Origin: Desulfatiglandales bacterium
GTDB taxonomy: Bacteria > Desulfobacterota > DSM-4660 > Desulfatiglandales > Desulfatiglandaceae
Direction: 5' to 3'
DNA: 64,000 nt
Assembly: GCA_963662465.1 (NCBI GenBank)
Contig: OY759599.1
Span: 7,616,001-7,680,000 of the forward strand
Position 1 is the stretch's first letter. The number at the start of each line of letters is the position of its first letter. Below are positions 12,752 to 22,422 of this stretch, in pieces. A program made the translations under genes and the position numbers. A model generated the notes under the pieces. The model did no database searches. It was not told where the DNA came from and saw nothing but the letters and a program-made list of their open reading frames with translations.

Positions 12752-15643
12752 TCACCTTTTCCGGCCTTTGCCTTTTTGTTTTTTCTTTCGCCCGGGACTC
12801 CCATGGGATTCACCTTTTATGAATTCCTCGAAAAGGCCATCATAAAAGGAAGGCCCCATGGCATCTAAGAAACGTTGCATCAGTTTGGGATTTTTTTTGA
12901 AAATCACTTCCGGATCCGGCATGTCGCCGTTGGCGTCCGTGTATTTCATGGCGATTTCAAACAAGATCGACATCGCTTCCGGGGGAATGTCGTTCCCCAG
13001 TTCATCCGAGAGCATTTCAGGGAAAACCCCGGCTAACAAGCCTTGAAGATCCTTATCCGGGAACTCATCATCCCAATCGTCATCGTCATCATCCCAATCG
13101 TCGTCATCATCATCTTCCTCATCCCAGAATCCCAGGGGCAACCCCATGTTTTTACTGGAAGCCCGGGAGGGAAATTTATTGTCCTCAATTTCGTATTTGA
13201 GAATGTCATCCGCTTGATCCGTATCCATGGACGGATCCCCATCCAGATCAGCGAATGGGGAGAAAAAGCTGAAGGCGCCCCCTCTGCGCCGGCGCAATTC
13301 CAAGGCCTCGTCAATCAGGGGCATGTCCCTTTCCCGACGGGCAAAGGCAAGGGCGGCATCAATACAGTCGTTTCTTCGTTTGGGCGCCCACTCGGGAAAG
13401 GATCGGGCCCGAAGCAGTAGAAACCGGGCTAAAGATGCATCTCGCCTCTTAAGACCGGCCCCGGAAACCGCATAAGCAAGGGGCAATTGCGCATTCAGCA
13501 ACGCGGCCTCGGCAACGGCGCCAAGGGAAACCGCATCCACCGAATTTCCAGCCGTTCCAAGAAACGTCATGATCCGATTGCTGTAATCCGGGAGAATGAA
13601 GACGGAAATCCCCATGTCGCGACCCAGCCGACACCCCCTTGCCACGGCCCCGAATAGTTTTTCGCCAGTTGCATCCACAGCCTCTTTTTTCCCACGAAAA
13701 CGCTTCTCCTGTTTGGAAGTCCCGCAAACCCGGATTAATCCATCCAGAATCATGTTTGCGGAAATCCGATCTTCCAGGATCTGAACCACCCGTTCATGGC
13801 ATTCGTCCCGCCGCGATGCGGCGCCGTTGATCATGGCGCTTATGCATTTCATTGCTTCGACGAATGCCGGCCGGTCTCCCTCGGAAAACTGGGGGAGCTT
13901 TTCCATCTCCATAACGTCTTTTTCCGCCAAATGTATTTTTTTCTGCTTTAAATGCCGAACGGCAGTGGAAACCAGCAGGCGTCTTCGCGCATTTTTCACC
14001 TCGGAACTCAAGCCATCCAGTGCTTCGGCCTCGTTTAAGTATCCCATGGATTTCTGGAAGGCATTTCTTTTTTCAGCGGATCGGGTCAGGTAGAGAAGCG
14101 GACGAACGTCATTGGGAACAGCCTCATGCCAGGCAAGTGCGACCGGGTCCGATTTTTTCCAGGAGGAATACTTATTCTCTATTAACGCCAGCCATTTCGA
14201 GAAGTTTTCAGAGGTGGGATCCACATCACAGGCCATTTTATGCAATTTCTCGGGATTCAAAAAAAAGGGATCTCTTTTGGGTCGCTTTGCTCTTCGAACC
14301 GCTTTCAGAACGGATTCCGGCTGTTGTTCATAATCCGCCTCAAATCCCTCGAAACTTCGTTTGAAATCTCTGAGGTCCTCTTTAAAATCATATTCCGGCA
14401 CACCCGCCAGCAAATCGGCCATGTGCAGATATACCGCCGACAATTCAATACCGTCGGCAGAAAACAAGCCCTCATGTATGGCATGAATTAAAAATTCACT
14501 CCAAAGGGCGGAGGCCAGAATATATTCACCTTCAACTTCCTTTGCACGGGCGTAAAGCCGCCAGTATTCGGCATTTTTCACCGGCGCACCCCCCATGGCC
14601 TCATTCACATTTTCCCGGACATAGTCAATCATCTTGAACCCAACGGAGATGTGTTGTTTCAATTTTTCAAGCAGTTCCGGTCGAAATTTTTCACAGGCCC
14701 AAATCGCCTTCCGGATATCTTTGGAAAAGCCGCGAGAGGGCTCTTGCGCCATAACCCCGTCAAGGTTTCGAAATGCCCGCTCCAATTGGGTCTCGTTGCC
14801 CCTCACCTGTGCCATGAACGCCAATTCTTTTTTCCCAAGACTTTTTTTGGCATCATTTTCAGAAAGCATGGCCCGTACCGCGGGAACCACTCGAGCGGGG
14901 GCCGAGGCCGGGTCCACGGCATCAAGGCATTTCACGCACAATTCATCATCAAACCGATAAAAGGCATCAATCCCCTTGATCAGCATTTTCCACGGCGCCA
15001 GCGGGCTTTTGCGGGAAATGCCCGGCAGGGTAACGTCTTCGTCTTTAACATTTCCGCGAGTGACGGCGTCAAAAGCGCTGAACAGCAAACCAGCCTCTTT
15101 TCGCAGGGAATGATCCTCTGAGAGGGTCTCGCAATGGGCCAGGGCTTTCAAATCCGTCACTTCATTCCTGATGGCTTTCTCGATGGCCTTTCGCGATTCC
15201 GGGGCCATAGATGGATCATTCAACGACACCAGGAGTTCATCCATCTGCCCACTCCGGACTGAAACAAGGGCGCCGATTTCCATCATGATCTCATCGGGAA
15301 AATCATATTTCCCACGAACCATATCCAGGAGCGATGCGGCCTCCGTCATATAGCCTTTCTGGGCCATTTCCAGAATTCTGGCGATATAGGTTTCTTTCAA
15401 AAGGTCTTCGGATTTTTCAGTTTCGAGATGCTTATGAATCTCCTTGGCCCGGCTAAGGGCTGTTTTGCTTTTTCCCTCCAGAACAAGCCGCCGAATTTCA
15501 ACGGCAATCTCGTCATAATCAGGACCGGTATCCCTGGAATTCTGCTTATTTTCCTGATTCACCAAGGCCTTTTCCGGAGTCCCCTGACGGGTTGACTTTG
15601 CTTTTTTAGATTTACTCTTTTTCCGCCGTTTTTTAGGCGCCAT
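12752..15643 (-). CDS. Large helical (TPR-like) protein with basic termini and acidic C-terminal tract
   Basis: 963-aa ORF with GGAAA RBS, 6 bp upstream of the J-domain gene; Ala/Leu-rich helical repeats; DEEDDDDDDWDDDDDDW tract. Confidence 0.75.
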   Translation of the reverse strand: MAPKKRRKKSKSKKAKSTRQGTPEKALVNQENKQNSRDTGPDYDEIAVEIRRLVLEGKSKTALSRAKEIHKHLETEKSEDLLKETYIARILEMAQKGYMTEAASLLDMVRGKYDFPDEIMMEIGALVSVRSGQMDELLVSLNDPSMAPESRKAIEKAIRNEVTDLKALAHCETLSEDHSLRKEAGLLFSAFDAVTRGNVKDEDVTLPGISRKSPLAPWKMLIKGIDAFYRFDDELCVKCLDAVDPASAPARVVPAVRAMLSENDAKKSLGKKELAFMAQVRGNETQLERAFRNLDGVMAQEPSRGFSKDIRKAIWACEKFRPELLEKLKQHISVGFKMIDYVRENVNEAMGGAPVKNAEYWRLYARAKEVEGEYILASALWSEFLIHAIHEGLFSADGIELSAVYLHMADLLAGVPEYDFKEDLRDFKRSFEGFEADYEQQPESVLKAVRRAKRPKRDPFFLNPEKLHKMACDVDPTSENFSKWLALIENKYSSWKKSDPVALAWHEAVPNDVRPLLYLTRSAEKRNAFQKSMGYLNEAEALDGLSSEVKNARRRLLVSTAVRHLKQKKIHLAEKDVMEMEKLPQFSEGDRPAFVEAMKCISAMINGAASRRDECHERVVQILEDRISANMILDGLIRVCGTSKQEKRFRGKKEAVDATGEKLFGAVARGCRLGRDMGISVFILPDYSNRIMTFLGTAGNSVDAVSLGAVAEAALLNAQLPLAYAVSGAGLKRRDASLARFLLLRARSFPEWAPKRRNDCIDAALAFARRERDMPLIDEALELRRRRGGAFSFFSPFADLDGDPSMDTDQADDILKYEIEDNKFPSRASSKNMGLPLGFWDEEDDDDDDWDDDDDDWDDEFPDKDLQGLLAGVFPEMLSDELGNDIPPEAMSILFEIAMKYTDANGDMPDPEVIFKKNPKLMQRFLDAMGPSFYDGLFEEFIKGESHGSPGRKKKQKGKGRKR

Positions 15644-15811
15644 GAAGTTTCCCTTTCCTACCGGTTCAATGGGTTAATTCAAGATTCCCCCGGCTGACTG
15701 AATCCCTGCATCCATTTTCCCGAGCAATATGAACCAAATCTATCAAAGATGTCAAGAAGCACCCATGGTCCGGTGAAAAATATATCCAGCCCGATATTTA
15801 AAACTCTTCCC

Positions 15812-17754
15812 GAGGGGTTTGCGCTGTGCTTAAGTCTCTGGTATCCTGGAGGGATTTGGCAGTGTCAAAAAAACATTACCCCAAAAAAAAGATGGGTGGG
15901 CATCCTGAAATCAAGCACTTAGCTAGATCGAGTCGGAATTTTCCATTTTTTCACCCCAAGCGAAAGAACTTGTCGGAATACCTTGATTTTAATACAAAAT
16001 ATTGTACAATGCCTTCATCAGATAACAGGATAGAGTGTTTCTTTAAATATTTGATGGAGGCCGAAACTTGGCAGCAGTGAGTCCGTTTCTTTTTTCGTGG
16101 AATGATGTCGAAGCACGCTCGGATTTGGACCGTTTCTATCTGGTGCGCGATAATCTGCCTGATGAGAATATTGTAGCGGCACTTGAAAAGCGTCGCGGCA
16201 ATGGGAGAGATGATTTTCCGATACGCGCAATGTGGAACGCGCTTATTGCGGGAGTCGTGTTCCAGCATGCATCCATTGAATCTTTGATTCGCGAATTGTC
16301 CAGGAATCCGGCGTTATTAGAGGCATGCGGATTTGATATTCTGCCGAGGCAAAAAAAACCGGTAGCTGAACTGAGACGCAATGAGGAAACGGGCCGAATG
16401 GAAATCATACGGTCTGAGAGCGGAAATGCATATTTTTTGGTTCCAGGTAGTTGGAATTTCTCAAGATTTTTAAGGAGCGTCATAGAACTGGAAGAATATG
16501 GTAATATGGTCAGCGGCATGGTGCGTGGGCTTCGAGAATCCTTAATGACAGAACTCCCTGATTTTGGTTGTCATTTAGGGTATGACGGCAAGGCTATCAA
16601 CAGTTATAGTACGGGACAAGAAAGCCGGAAAACCGGTGAAACCTCCGATACGGATGCAGATTGGGGCAAGCATGAAACGAAAGGGACAGACAGTAAAACC
16701 GGAAAGCAGTGGACAAAAGTAAAAAGCTGGTTTGGATATGGCCTTCATTTGATCGCTGATACCCTATATGAAATTCCGGTGGCAGTTCATGTAACACCTG
16801 CCTCGCATTCGGAACACAAGGAACTGCGAAGCATGATCAAAGAAATTTTTGAGGAAACACCGCAGCTTGGCGAGCGCTGTGATGATTTTGTGGCGGACCG
16901 TGGTTTGGATTCCGGCAAAACTAAGGCTCAGCTGTTGGATGAATATGGGATTCGGCCCGGCATTGATACCCGTGAACTGTGGAGAGATGAAAAGAATGAG
17001 CCGGGATACGATCCTGCAAAACCGATCACACGACCTCTTTATCCTGACCGGGCAGATACCATTGTGTATACTGAGAAAGGGACAGTCCATTGTATTTGTC
17101 CGGCTACTGGAGAACAGCGGGACATGGCTTTTTGTGGCTTTGAAAAAAATCGCAATACCCTGAAATATCGTTGTCCCGCAGCTGCAAACGGCTTTTCCTG
17201 TGAAGGATGTGGAGAGTGTTCATCTGCGGGGCAAGTTAATCCCGGAGATTATGGGCGAATTGTCAGAATAAATATCACTGAGGAAGATCGGCGAATCTTC
17301 ACACCCATTCCCTATGGTACGCAGGGTTGGGACCGAGCGTATAATCGGCGTTCTTCTTTGGAGAGAATCAACAGTCGGATCGATAATGATTTTGGTTTTG
17401 AGAAACATTACATACGCGGCCAAGCCAAAATGCAAACAAGAGTTTGCTTGGCCACCGCCGTAATGATGGCAATGGCCCTTGGTCATGTAAGGGCTGGCCG
17501 TATTGAGCAAATGCGCTCCCTTGTACGGCCAATAGCCAGAGCCGCCTAATCCAATTTATTTAAAATAGTTATAAATAAATGATTTAATTTAAATTTAAAG
17601 GGATTAGCATGTCCAATTATCGGGTTTTTGGGGTATGTCTTTGGAAACCATAATATTCTGCTGCCATGTCGCCCTCTCAGACCTCGCGCCCGCGTTTTTT
17701 TGGGGCCCAGAACACCCCCGGTACGGCACAAAAACGGTACAGCGCAAACCTCTC
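15812..17754 (+). mobile_element. Complete IS1182-like insertion sequence (1943 bp)
   Basis: TIRs gaggggtttgcgctgt / acagcgcaaacctctc (15/16 match); 5-bp direct repeat TTCCC at 15807-15811 and 17755-17759. Confidence 0.9.
16068..17549 (+). CDS. DDE transposase (IS1182-like / IS4 superfamily)
   Basis: YDGK, WFGYGLHL, VADRGLD, YNRRSSLERINSR; TTG start with GGAGG RBS. Confidence 0.9.
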   Translation: MAAVSPFLFSWNDVEARSDLDRFYLVRDNLPDENIVAALEKRRGNGRDDFPIRAMWNALIAGVVFQHASIESLIRELSRNPALLEACGFDILPRQKKPVAELRRNEETGRMEIIRSESGNAYFLVPGSWNFSRFLRSVIELEEYGNMVSGMVRGLRESLMTELPDFGCHLGYDGKAINSYSTGQESRKTGETSDTDADWGKHETKGTDSKTGKQWTKVKSWFGYGLHLIADTLYEIPVAVHVTPASHSEHKELRSMIKEIFEETPQLGERCDDFVADRGLDSGKTKAQLLDEYGIRPGIDTRELWRDEKNEPGYDPAKPITRPLYPDRADTIVYTEKGTVHCICPATGEQRDMAFCGFEKNRNTLKYRCPAAANGFSCEGCGECSSAGQVNPGDYGRIVRINITEEDRRIFTPIPYGTQGWDRAYNRRSSLERINSRIDNDFGFEKHYIRGQAKMQTRVCLATAVMMAMALGHVRAGRIEQMRSLVRPIARAA

Positions 17755-17847
17755 TTCCCAACGAAAACTTGACCCCTCCGGTCTGAATGGCTATGCTCGA
17801 CTTTTCAGTCTTCAAAATGGAGTCATCCAGTAACAGGAGCTAGAGAG

Positions 17848-18762
17848 ATGAAAATTGGACCGGATTGCGTTCCCTGCATCCTCAAAATGTGTCTGGGGTT
17901 TATTCGTAAAACAAGCCTGGGCGATTCAGAAGTAAACACACTGTTCAACGATATCCTTCAGATGCCTCCTTTAAGGGGGGGGGACTGGGATGTCACCAGC
18001 CCCGCCGTTATCGAAGAAGTTATGAAGAAGACATATGACATGCTGGGCGACAACGACCCGCTAAAAAAAGAAAAAGCGGGATTAAACCGGTATCTGCTGG
18101 ACCGGTATGAAATCTTTGAAACAATGGTGCGGGAAGCGGAAGACCCTCTGAAAATGGCTGTCAAGCTGGCCATCACGGGGAATGCCATTGATATCATGCT
18201 TTCAATGGATTTTGCCCACCTCCTGACCACATTCAGAGAAAAGGTGGAACAACCCCTGCCCGAAAAAAGCTTTGAGCAATTCAAAGCCCAACTGGATAAA
18301 ACACGCCGTATGGTCTATTTCGGGGACAACGCCGGGGAGATTGTATTGGACAAACTACTGATTTCGACCCTGAAAAAAATCTATGATTTTGAAATTGTTT
18401 TTGTGGTGAGAAGTTTGCCCACCCTGAATGATGTGACCCTTCAGGAAGCCCGGGATGTAAAAATGGACGACATCGTACCGGTGTTGGAAAATGGCATCGA
18501 CGGCCCGTTTCCGGGAACACGGGTATCAAGATGTTCTCCGAAAGTTCAGGCGCTTTACAAAGAGGCGGATCTGATCATTTCAAAGGGCGGCGGCAATTTT
18601 GACAGTCTTGACGAAGACAAGGCCGTCTACGGACGTAACATCAGTTTTCTACTCCTTTCTAAGTGTTACCTTTACATGAAGCTTCTGAATACGCCGCTGA
18701 ATGGACCCATACTGGCAAATTACCATAATTGGGATATCTTACAGCAAAGAAAGGCAGGGTAA
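17848..18762 (+). CDS. DUF89/ARMT1-like damage-control phosphatase
   Basis: N-terminal DCVPC, GNAID, DNAGE, KGGGNFDSL, LSKC. Confidence 0.88.
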   Translation: MKIGPDCVPCILKMCLGFIRKTSLGDSEVNTLFNDILQMPPLRGGDWDVTSPAVIEEVMKKTYDMLGDNDPLKKEKAGLNRYLLDRYEIFETMVREAEDPLKMAVKLAITGNAIDIMLSMDFAHLLTTFREKVEQPLPEKSFEQFKAQLDKTRRMVYFGDNAGEIVLDKLLISTLKKIYDFEIVFVVRSLPTLNDVTLQEARDVKMDDIVPVLENGIDGPFPGTRVSRCSPKVQALYKEADLIISKGGGNFDSLDEDKAVYGRNISFLLLSKCYLYMKLLNTPLNGPILANYHNWDILQQRKAG

Positions 18763-18766
18763 AAAC

Positions 18767-19138
18767 ATGTCAAACGGAAATGATAATCAACAAGTTGATG
18801 ATTATGCAAAATTCGTTGGAGAGCATTCCGGTGTGGGGATTGCGGGCCAATCCTTTCAGCGAGATCCGGAAAATAATTTCCTCGCAACCGGCACGAACAT
18901 GGATAGGGATTTGGACTACCGTTACTGTGGAAAATGCCGAACCGTACGTTATAGACCCGATCTGGAAGTAACCGCCGACGGTATACGTTGTAGAAAATGT
19001 GGAAGCTATGATTTAGCGCTTCCTCGTTGGGTTCAATGTCCTTATCGAAAAGGCGCCGTTAAATGTCCCAAAGGCGGAAAAGGGATTATCAAAGACAAAA
19101 CCGGCGACAAATGTTTGGATCAATGTGATTACTTTTGA
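18767..19138 (+). CDS. Small Cys-rich (8 Cys) putative zinc-binding protein
   Basis: CGKC, CRKC, CPY..KCP, CLDQC; starts 4 bp after the DUF89 stop. Confidence 0.6.
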   Translation: MSNGNDNQQVDDYAKFVGEHSGVGIAGQSFQRDPENNFLATGTNMDRDLDYRYCGKCRTVRYRPDLEVTADGIRCRKCGSYDLALPRWVQCPYRKGAVKCPKGGKGIIKDKTGDKCLDQCDYF

Positions 19139-19185
19139 ATTAACCAGTCCTTTTTGATCCTCAATGCTCTTCGGGAGGATAAAGA

Positions 19186-20667
19186 TCAGATCAGGAAACT
19201 ATCCTTTATGATTTCTTTTGCTTTATGGTACTGGGGCTCACTCAAGGTAAGAGAACCATCCTCCCGGGTGAAGGGTGGTTCATCAATGGTGTAAATCCTT
19301 TCGGGCAGCGCCGCCTGCATCGCGATTCTTTCCGGCACCTCTGGAAGCACCCCGATGGCTTTTTGCACCTCATCGGGGAATTTCCCCGGATCAGCGGTTT
19401 CATATATGACCGCCAGGGCGTCGTGCTTTCCCCCAAGGAATGTGTCCAGGGCGCGCCATCCCACGGCCCCATGGGGTTCCATCATGATGCCGTGCTCGTA
19501 AACCTCCCGTATGGCGGTATAATGATCGGGATTGTTCACGCTCATGGACCAGAAATCCTTTCGCATGGTCCGAAGATCCGGCGGGATATCCATCACCCCT
19601 TCCTGAATCACCGTGCCCGCTTCATCCCGCTTATCATACACATGGCCGCCATAAAGATCAATGAGCCTGGCGAAATTGCTGGGGTTGGAAACGATCATGG
19701 CGGAAGATGGGGATTTCCGTGAAGGCTTCACCACGTAGGCGTCATTTTTCAGAAACTCGGGGAATTCATCGTTCTCATTGACCCCGCAGATAATCCGGGA
19801 AATGGGCAGTCCCATTTCCCGGGCCAGCACCGTTCCCATCATGTCCCCGAAATTTCCCGAAGGAACGCTTGCAATCATGGGCTCATCATATGCCGCCACC
19901 CGGGAATAGGCAAAAAACGGATAAACCGCCTGGGGCAGCAGCCGGCCCACGCTGATGCTGTTGGCGGAGGTAAAGCGATCCTCATCGTCAAAGATATCTT
20001 TTGCAAAGGGTTTATCTCCCAGAAGACGCTTGGCCAGGGCCTGGCACACATCGAAATCCCCATTTACCTCAAAGGCATACACATTCCCTCCAAGCGTGGT
20101 CATCTGCCGCCGCTGCCGTTCGGTGATGGATCCTTTGGGGAAAAACACGAGGTTGTCCACGCTGTCCAGTCCATGAAGGGCATCAGCCACGGCCCCTCCC
20201 GTGTCCCCGCTGGTGGCCACTGCCACCACCCGTTTGAGCCCGGACCGCTTCAAAAAATAATTGAGCATTCGACCGAAAAACCGGGCTGCGTAATCCTTGA
20301 AGGAGTAGGTGGGCCCGTGAGTAAGCCACATGATGTGGGTTCGGCCGGTCAGGTGCTGCATGGTGGTGGGGATAATGCTGTCGTCATAGGCGTCGTCCAG
20401 CATGGCTTGCAGGTCTTTTTCCGCCACCTCTGCGCCCAGAAACGGGTTCAGGACCTCAAAGGCAATCCGGGCATAGGGCTTACCCTTCATGGCTTTCAGG
20501 GTTTCCGGGGATAACCTGGGGATATCGTCTCTCTTCATCATGTAAAGGCCGTAATGAGAAGCCAGACCGTTCATGAGGGCCGTCTCGAAATTAGCGCGTT
20601 CTGATTTGTTGTTGGTGCTGTAAAAGGCAATGGTCTTCAAAATCAAACTCCCGTCATCGATCCTCAC
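19186..20667 (-). CDS. thrC: Threonine synthase
   Basis: HGPTYSFKD (PLP Lys), ATSGDTG, SANSIS, PSGNFG. Confidence 0.93.
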   Translation of the reverse strand: MRIDDGSLILKTIAFYSTNNKSERANFETALMNGLASHYGLYMMKRDDIPRLSPETLKAMKGKPYARIAFEVLNPFLGAEVAEKDLQAMLDDAYDDSIIPTTMQHLTGRTHIMWLTHGPTYSFKDYAARFFGRMLNYFLKRSGLKRVVAVATSGDTGGAVADALHGLDSVDNLVFFPKGSITERQRRQMTTLGGNVYAFEVNGDFDVCQALAKRLLGDKPFAKDIFDDEDRFTSANSISVGRLLPQAVYPFFAYSRVAAYDEPMIASVPSGNFGDMMGTVLAREMGLPISRIICGVNENDEFPEFLKNDAYVVKPSRKSPSSAMIVSNPSNFARLIDLYGGHVYDKRDEAGTVIQEGVMDIPPDLRTMRKDFWSMSVNNPDHYTAIREVYEHGIMMEPHGAVGWRALDTFLGGKHDALAVIYETADPGKFPDEVQKAIGVLPEVPERIAMQAALPERIYTIDEPPFTREDGSLTLSEPQYHKAKEIIKDSFLI

Positions 20668-21197
20668 ATGGATTTAAAAGACTTCAAATATCGCCGGGCC
20701 AAGTCTTGATAAGTGGAAAGGCCGTCCTGGATCTGTTCTAATTGGGCAGGACTCGTCTCCTTTACCACCCGGGCGGGGGATCCCATGACCACGCTGTGGG
20801 ATGGAATTTCCATTTTGAAAGGGACGAAACTCCCGGCCCCGACTAGACACTCTGAGTGAATGATCACGTTATCACTGACGATGGCGCCCATTCCCACCAG
20901 CACATAAGAGTTGATCTCACACCCGTGCAGAATAGCGCCGTGCCCGACGTGTACATTCGGGTGAAGGATGACGGCGGTATCGGGGAAGGTATGGAATACG
21001 CAGTTATCCTGAACATTGGAGCCTTTCCCAATCCTAATGGACCCGATATCGCCCCGCAGCACGGCGCCGGCGCCCACATAACACTCCGCATCCACTTTTA
21101 CATCGCCGATCAATACGGCATCCGGATGCACAAAGGCCCTGGAATCGACCAGGGGGCTTCTATTTTCAAATTCATAAAAAGGCATTTTTACCACCAT
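20664..21197 (-). CDS. Gamma-carbonic anhydrase family hexapeptide-repeat protein
   Basis: LRGD, SNVQDNCVFH, VGHGAILHGC. Confidence 0.92.
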   Translation of the reverse strand: MVVKMPFYEFENRSPLVDSRAFVHPDAVLIGDVKVDAECYVGAGAVLRGDIGSIRIGKGSNVQDNCVFHTFPDTAVILHPNVHVGHGAILHGCEINSYVLVGMGAIVSDNVIIHSECLVGAGSFVPFKMEIPSHSVVMGSPARVVKETSPAQLEQIQDGLSTYQDLARRYLKSFKSM

Positions 21198-21339
21198 TAT
21201 TTATTGGTTTTTTCGAATATGGCTAAAACTGTGCCTGCATTCCTATCATGATATTCATTTCCTTTCAAGCACTTCCAACACCCGCAAAATAACCTGTTGG
21301 TCCGAACGATATTGTTATTGCTGAAGAATCTGATTTATA

Positions 21340-21567
21340 AATAAGGCCATCTTTAATTTACGGACGCGCCTATCAGTAGATGAAGCCACGCAGCCAAGAG
21401 AAGAAGTGATCATTGCCAAAAATAATCTGCCGCTTGTTGAATTGGCGCCGCACAAACCCAAGGAAAAGCGTAAGCTTGGATTGCCGGCGGGGCAAATTGA
21501 AATACCTGATGATTTCATGGATGAGGATGCAGAAATAAATGCGATGTTCCATGGTAATCATCCATGA
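21340..21567 (+). pseudogene. Phd/YefM-type antitoxin remnant
   Basis: Manual translation EEVIIAKNNLPLVELAPH...RKLG...GQIEIPDDF; no intact N-terminus. Confidence 0.65.
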
Positions 21568-21569
21568 GC

Positions 21570-21817
21570 ATCGCGAGTTGATGATTAAGTATCCCATTGG
21601 AAAAATTGATATTGATTTTGATCCGCTTGAAATGGCGAAAAAAATGAGAATTGAGATCCTGAATTTTTCCGGCTCTCACGCCATGTTGCTGGGTCAATTA
21701 CCGCTTCACCATAAGGATCCTTTTGACAGGATGATCATTTCCCAAGCTCTCTTAGATGGGCTTCCGCTGATGTCCGATGACGCCAAATTTCTGAAATATG
21801 ACTGTAACATTTTTTAA
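21570..21817 (+). pseudogene. VapC/PIN toxin, C-terminal half only
   Basis: LPLHHKDPFDRMIISQA...LMSDD; the N-terminal LLDTH motif is missing. Confidence 0.75.
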
Positions 21818-21829
21818 ATATTCGGCTAT

Positions 21830-21988
21830 CTATATCCCGATATAGCCATTGTATCCCGCATACGCCAGGAGTTCGGAATTCGGAGCGTCCGGCCGCCCGA
21901 TATCAGACCAATGAATTGCCTCCAATCCGGCTTCTTCCAAAAAAGACACCTACGTCGGGGAAAGGTTCATATCTATCAGCAGTTTCAT
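21830..21988 (-). pseudogene. DUF5615 PIN-like toxin pseudogene
   Basis: Manual translation MKLLIDMNLSPT*VSFLEEAGLEAIHWSDIG...; TAG where Trp is expected, truncated; ATGA overlap with the DUF433 gene. Confidence 0.75.
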
Positions 21989-22221
21989 CCTGATGCTGAT
22001 ACGAGCGGGACGTCTATTTCTTCAACACGCCATGCAGCGTAAGAAAGCGCCTCATCAATGTCTTCCGCCTCCAGATAAGGATACAGTTTTAGGATTTTCT
22101 CTTTACTGTGCCCCGAGGCAATAAGCCCGACAATCATTCCTACAGTCACACGCATACCTCGAATACAGGGTTTTCCTCCCATGATGTCGGCATTGAAAGT
22201 AATTCTGTTTAACGATATCAT
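21985..22221 (-). CDS. DUF433 antitoxin-like protein
   Basis: IMGGKPCIRGMRVTV...ILKLYPYLEAEDIDEALSYAA; GGAGG RBS. Confidence 0.9.
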   Translation of the reverse strand: MISLNRITFNADIMGGKPCIRGMRVTVGMIVGLIASGHSKEKILKLYPYLEAEDIDEALSYAAWRVEEIDVPLVSASG

Positions 22222-22422
22222 TTAAGACCTCCATCAATTGGCTATTTTCCCCGGAACAAGTATACTGCTTTACCCTTTTATTGCAAGCCTTTCCTTAACA
22301 ATATCCCCCACGCTCCCGAGAATATAGGTTGGCTGATAAGCGTATTTTACCAGGTCCTCTTCCACCACGTAATCGGGTTCAAGATCGTCGATGAAATCCC
22401 GATTGCCCATATCTCCATTTAG

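Noticed and set aside
21830..21988. Amber read-through (pyrrolysine) in the DUF5615 gene
   Set aside because: The TAG sits where Trp (TGG) is expected and the gene is truncated anyway
22363..22422. Degenerate terminal repeat beyond the trailer end
   Set aside because: No recognisable similarity to the 28-bp repeat at the expected spacing
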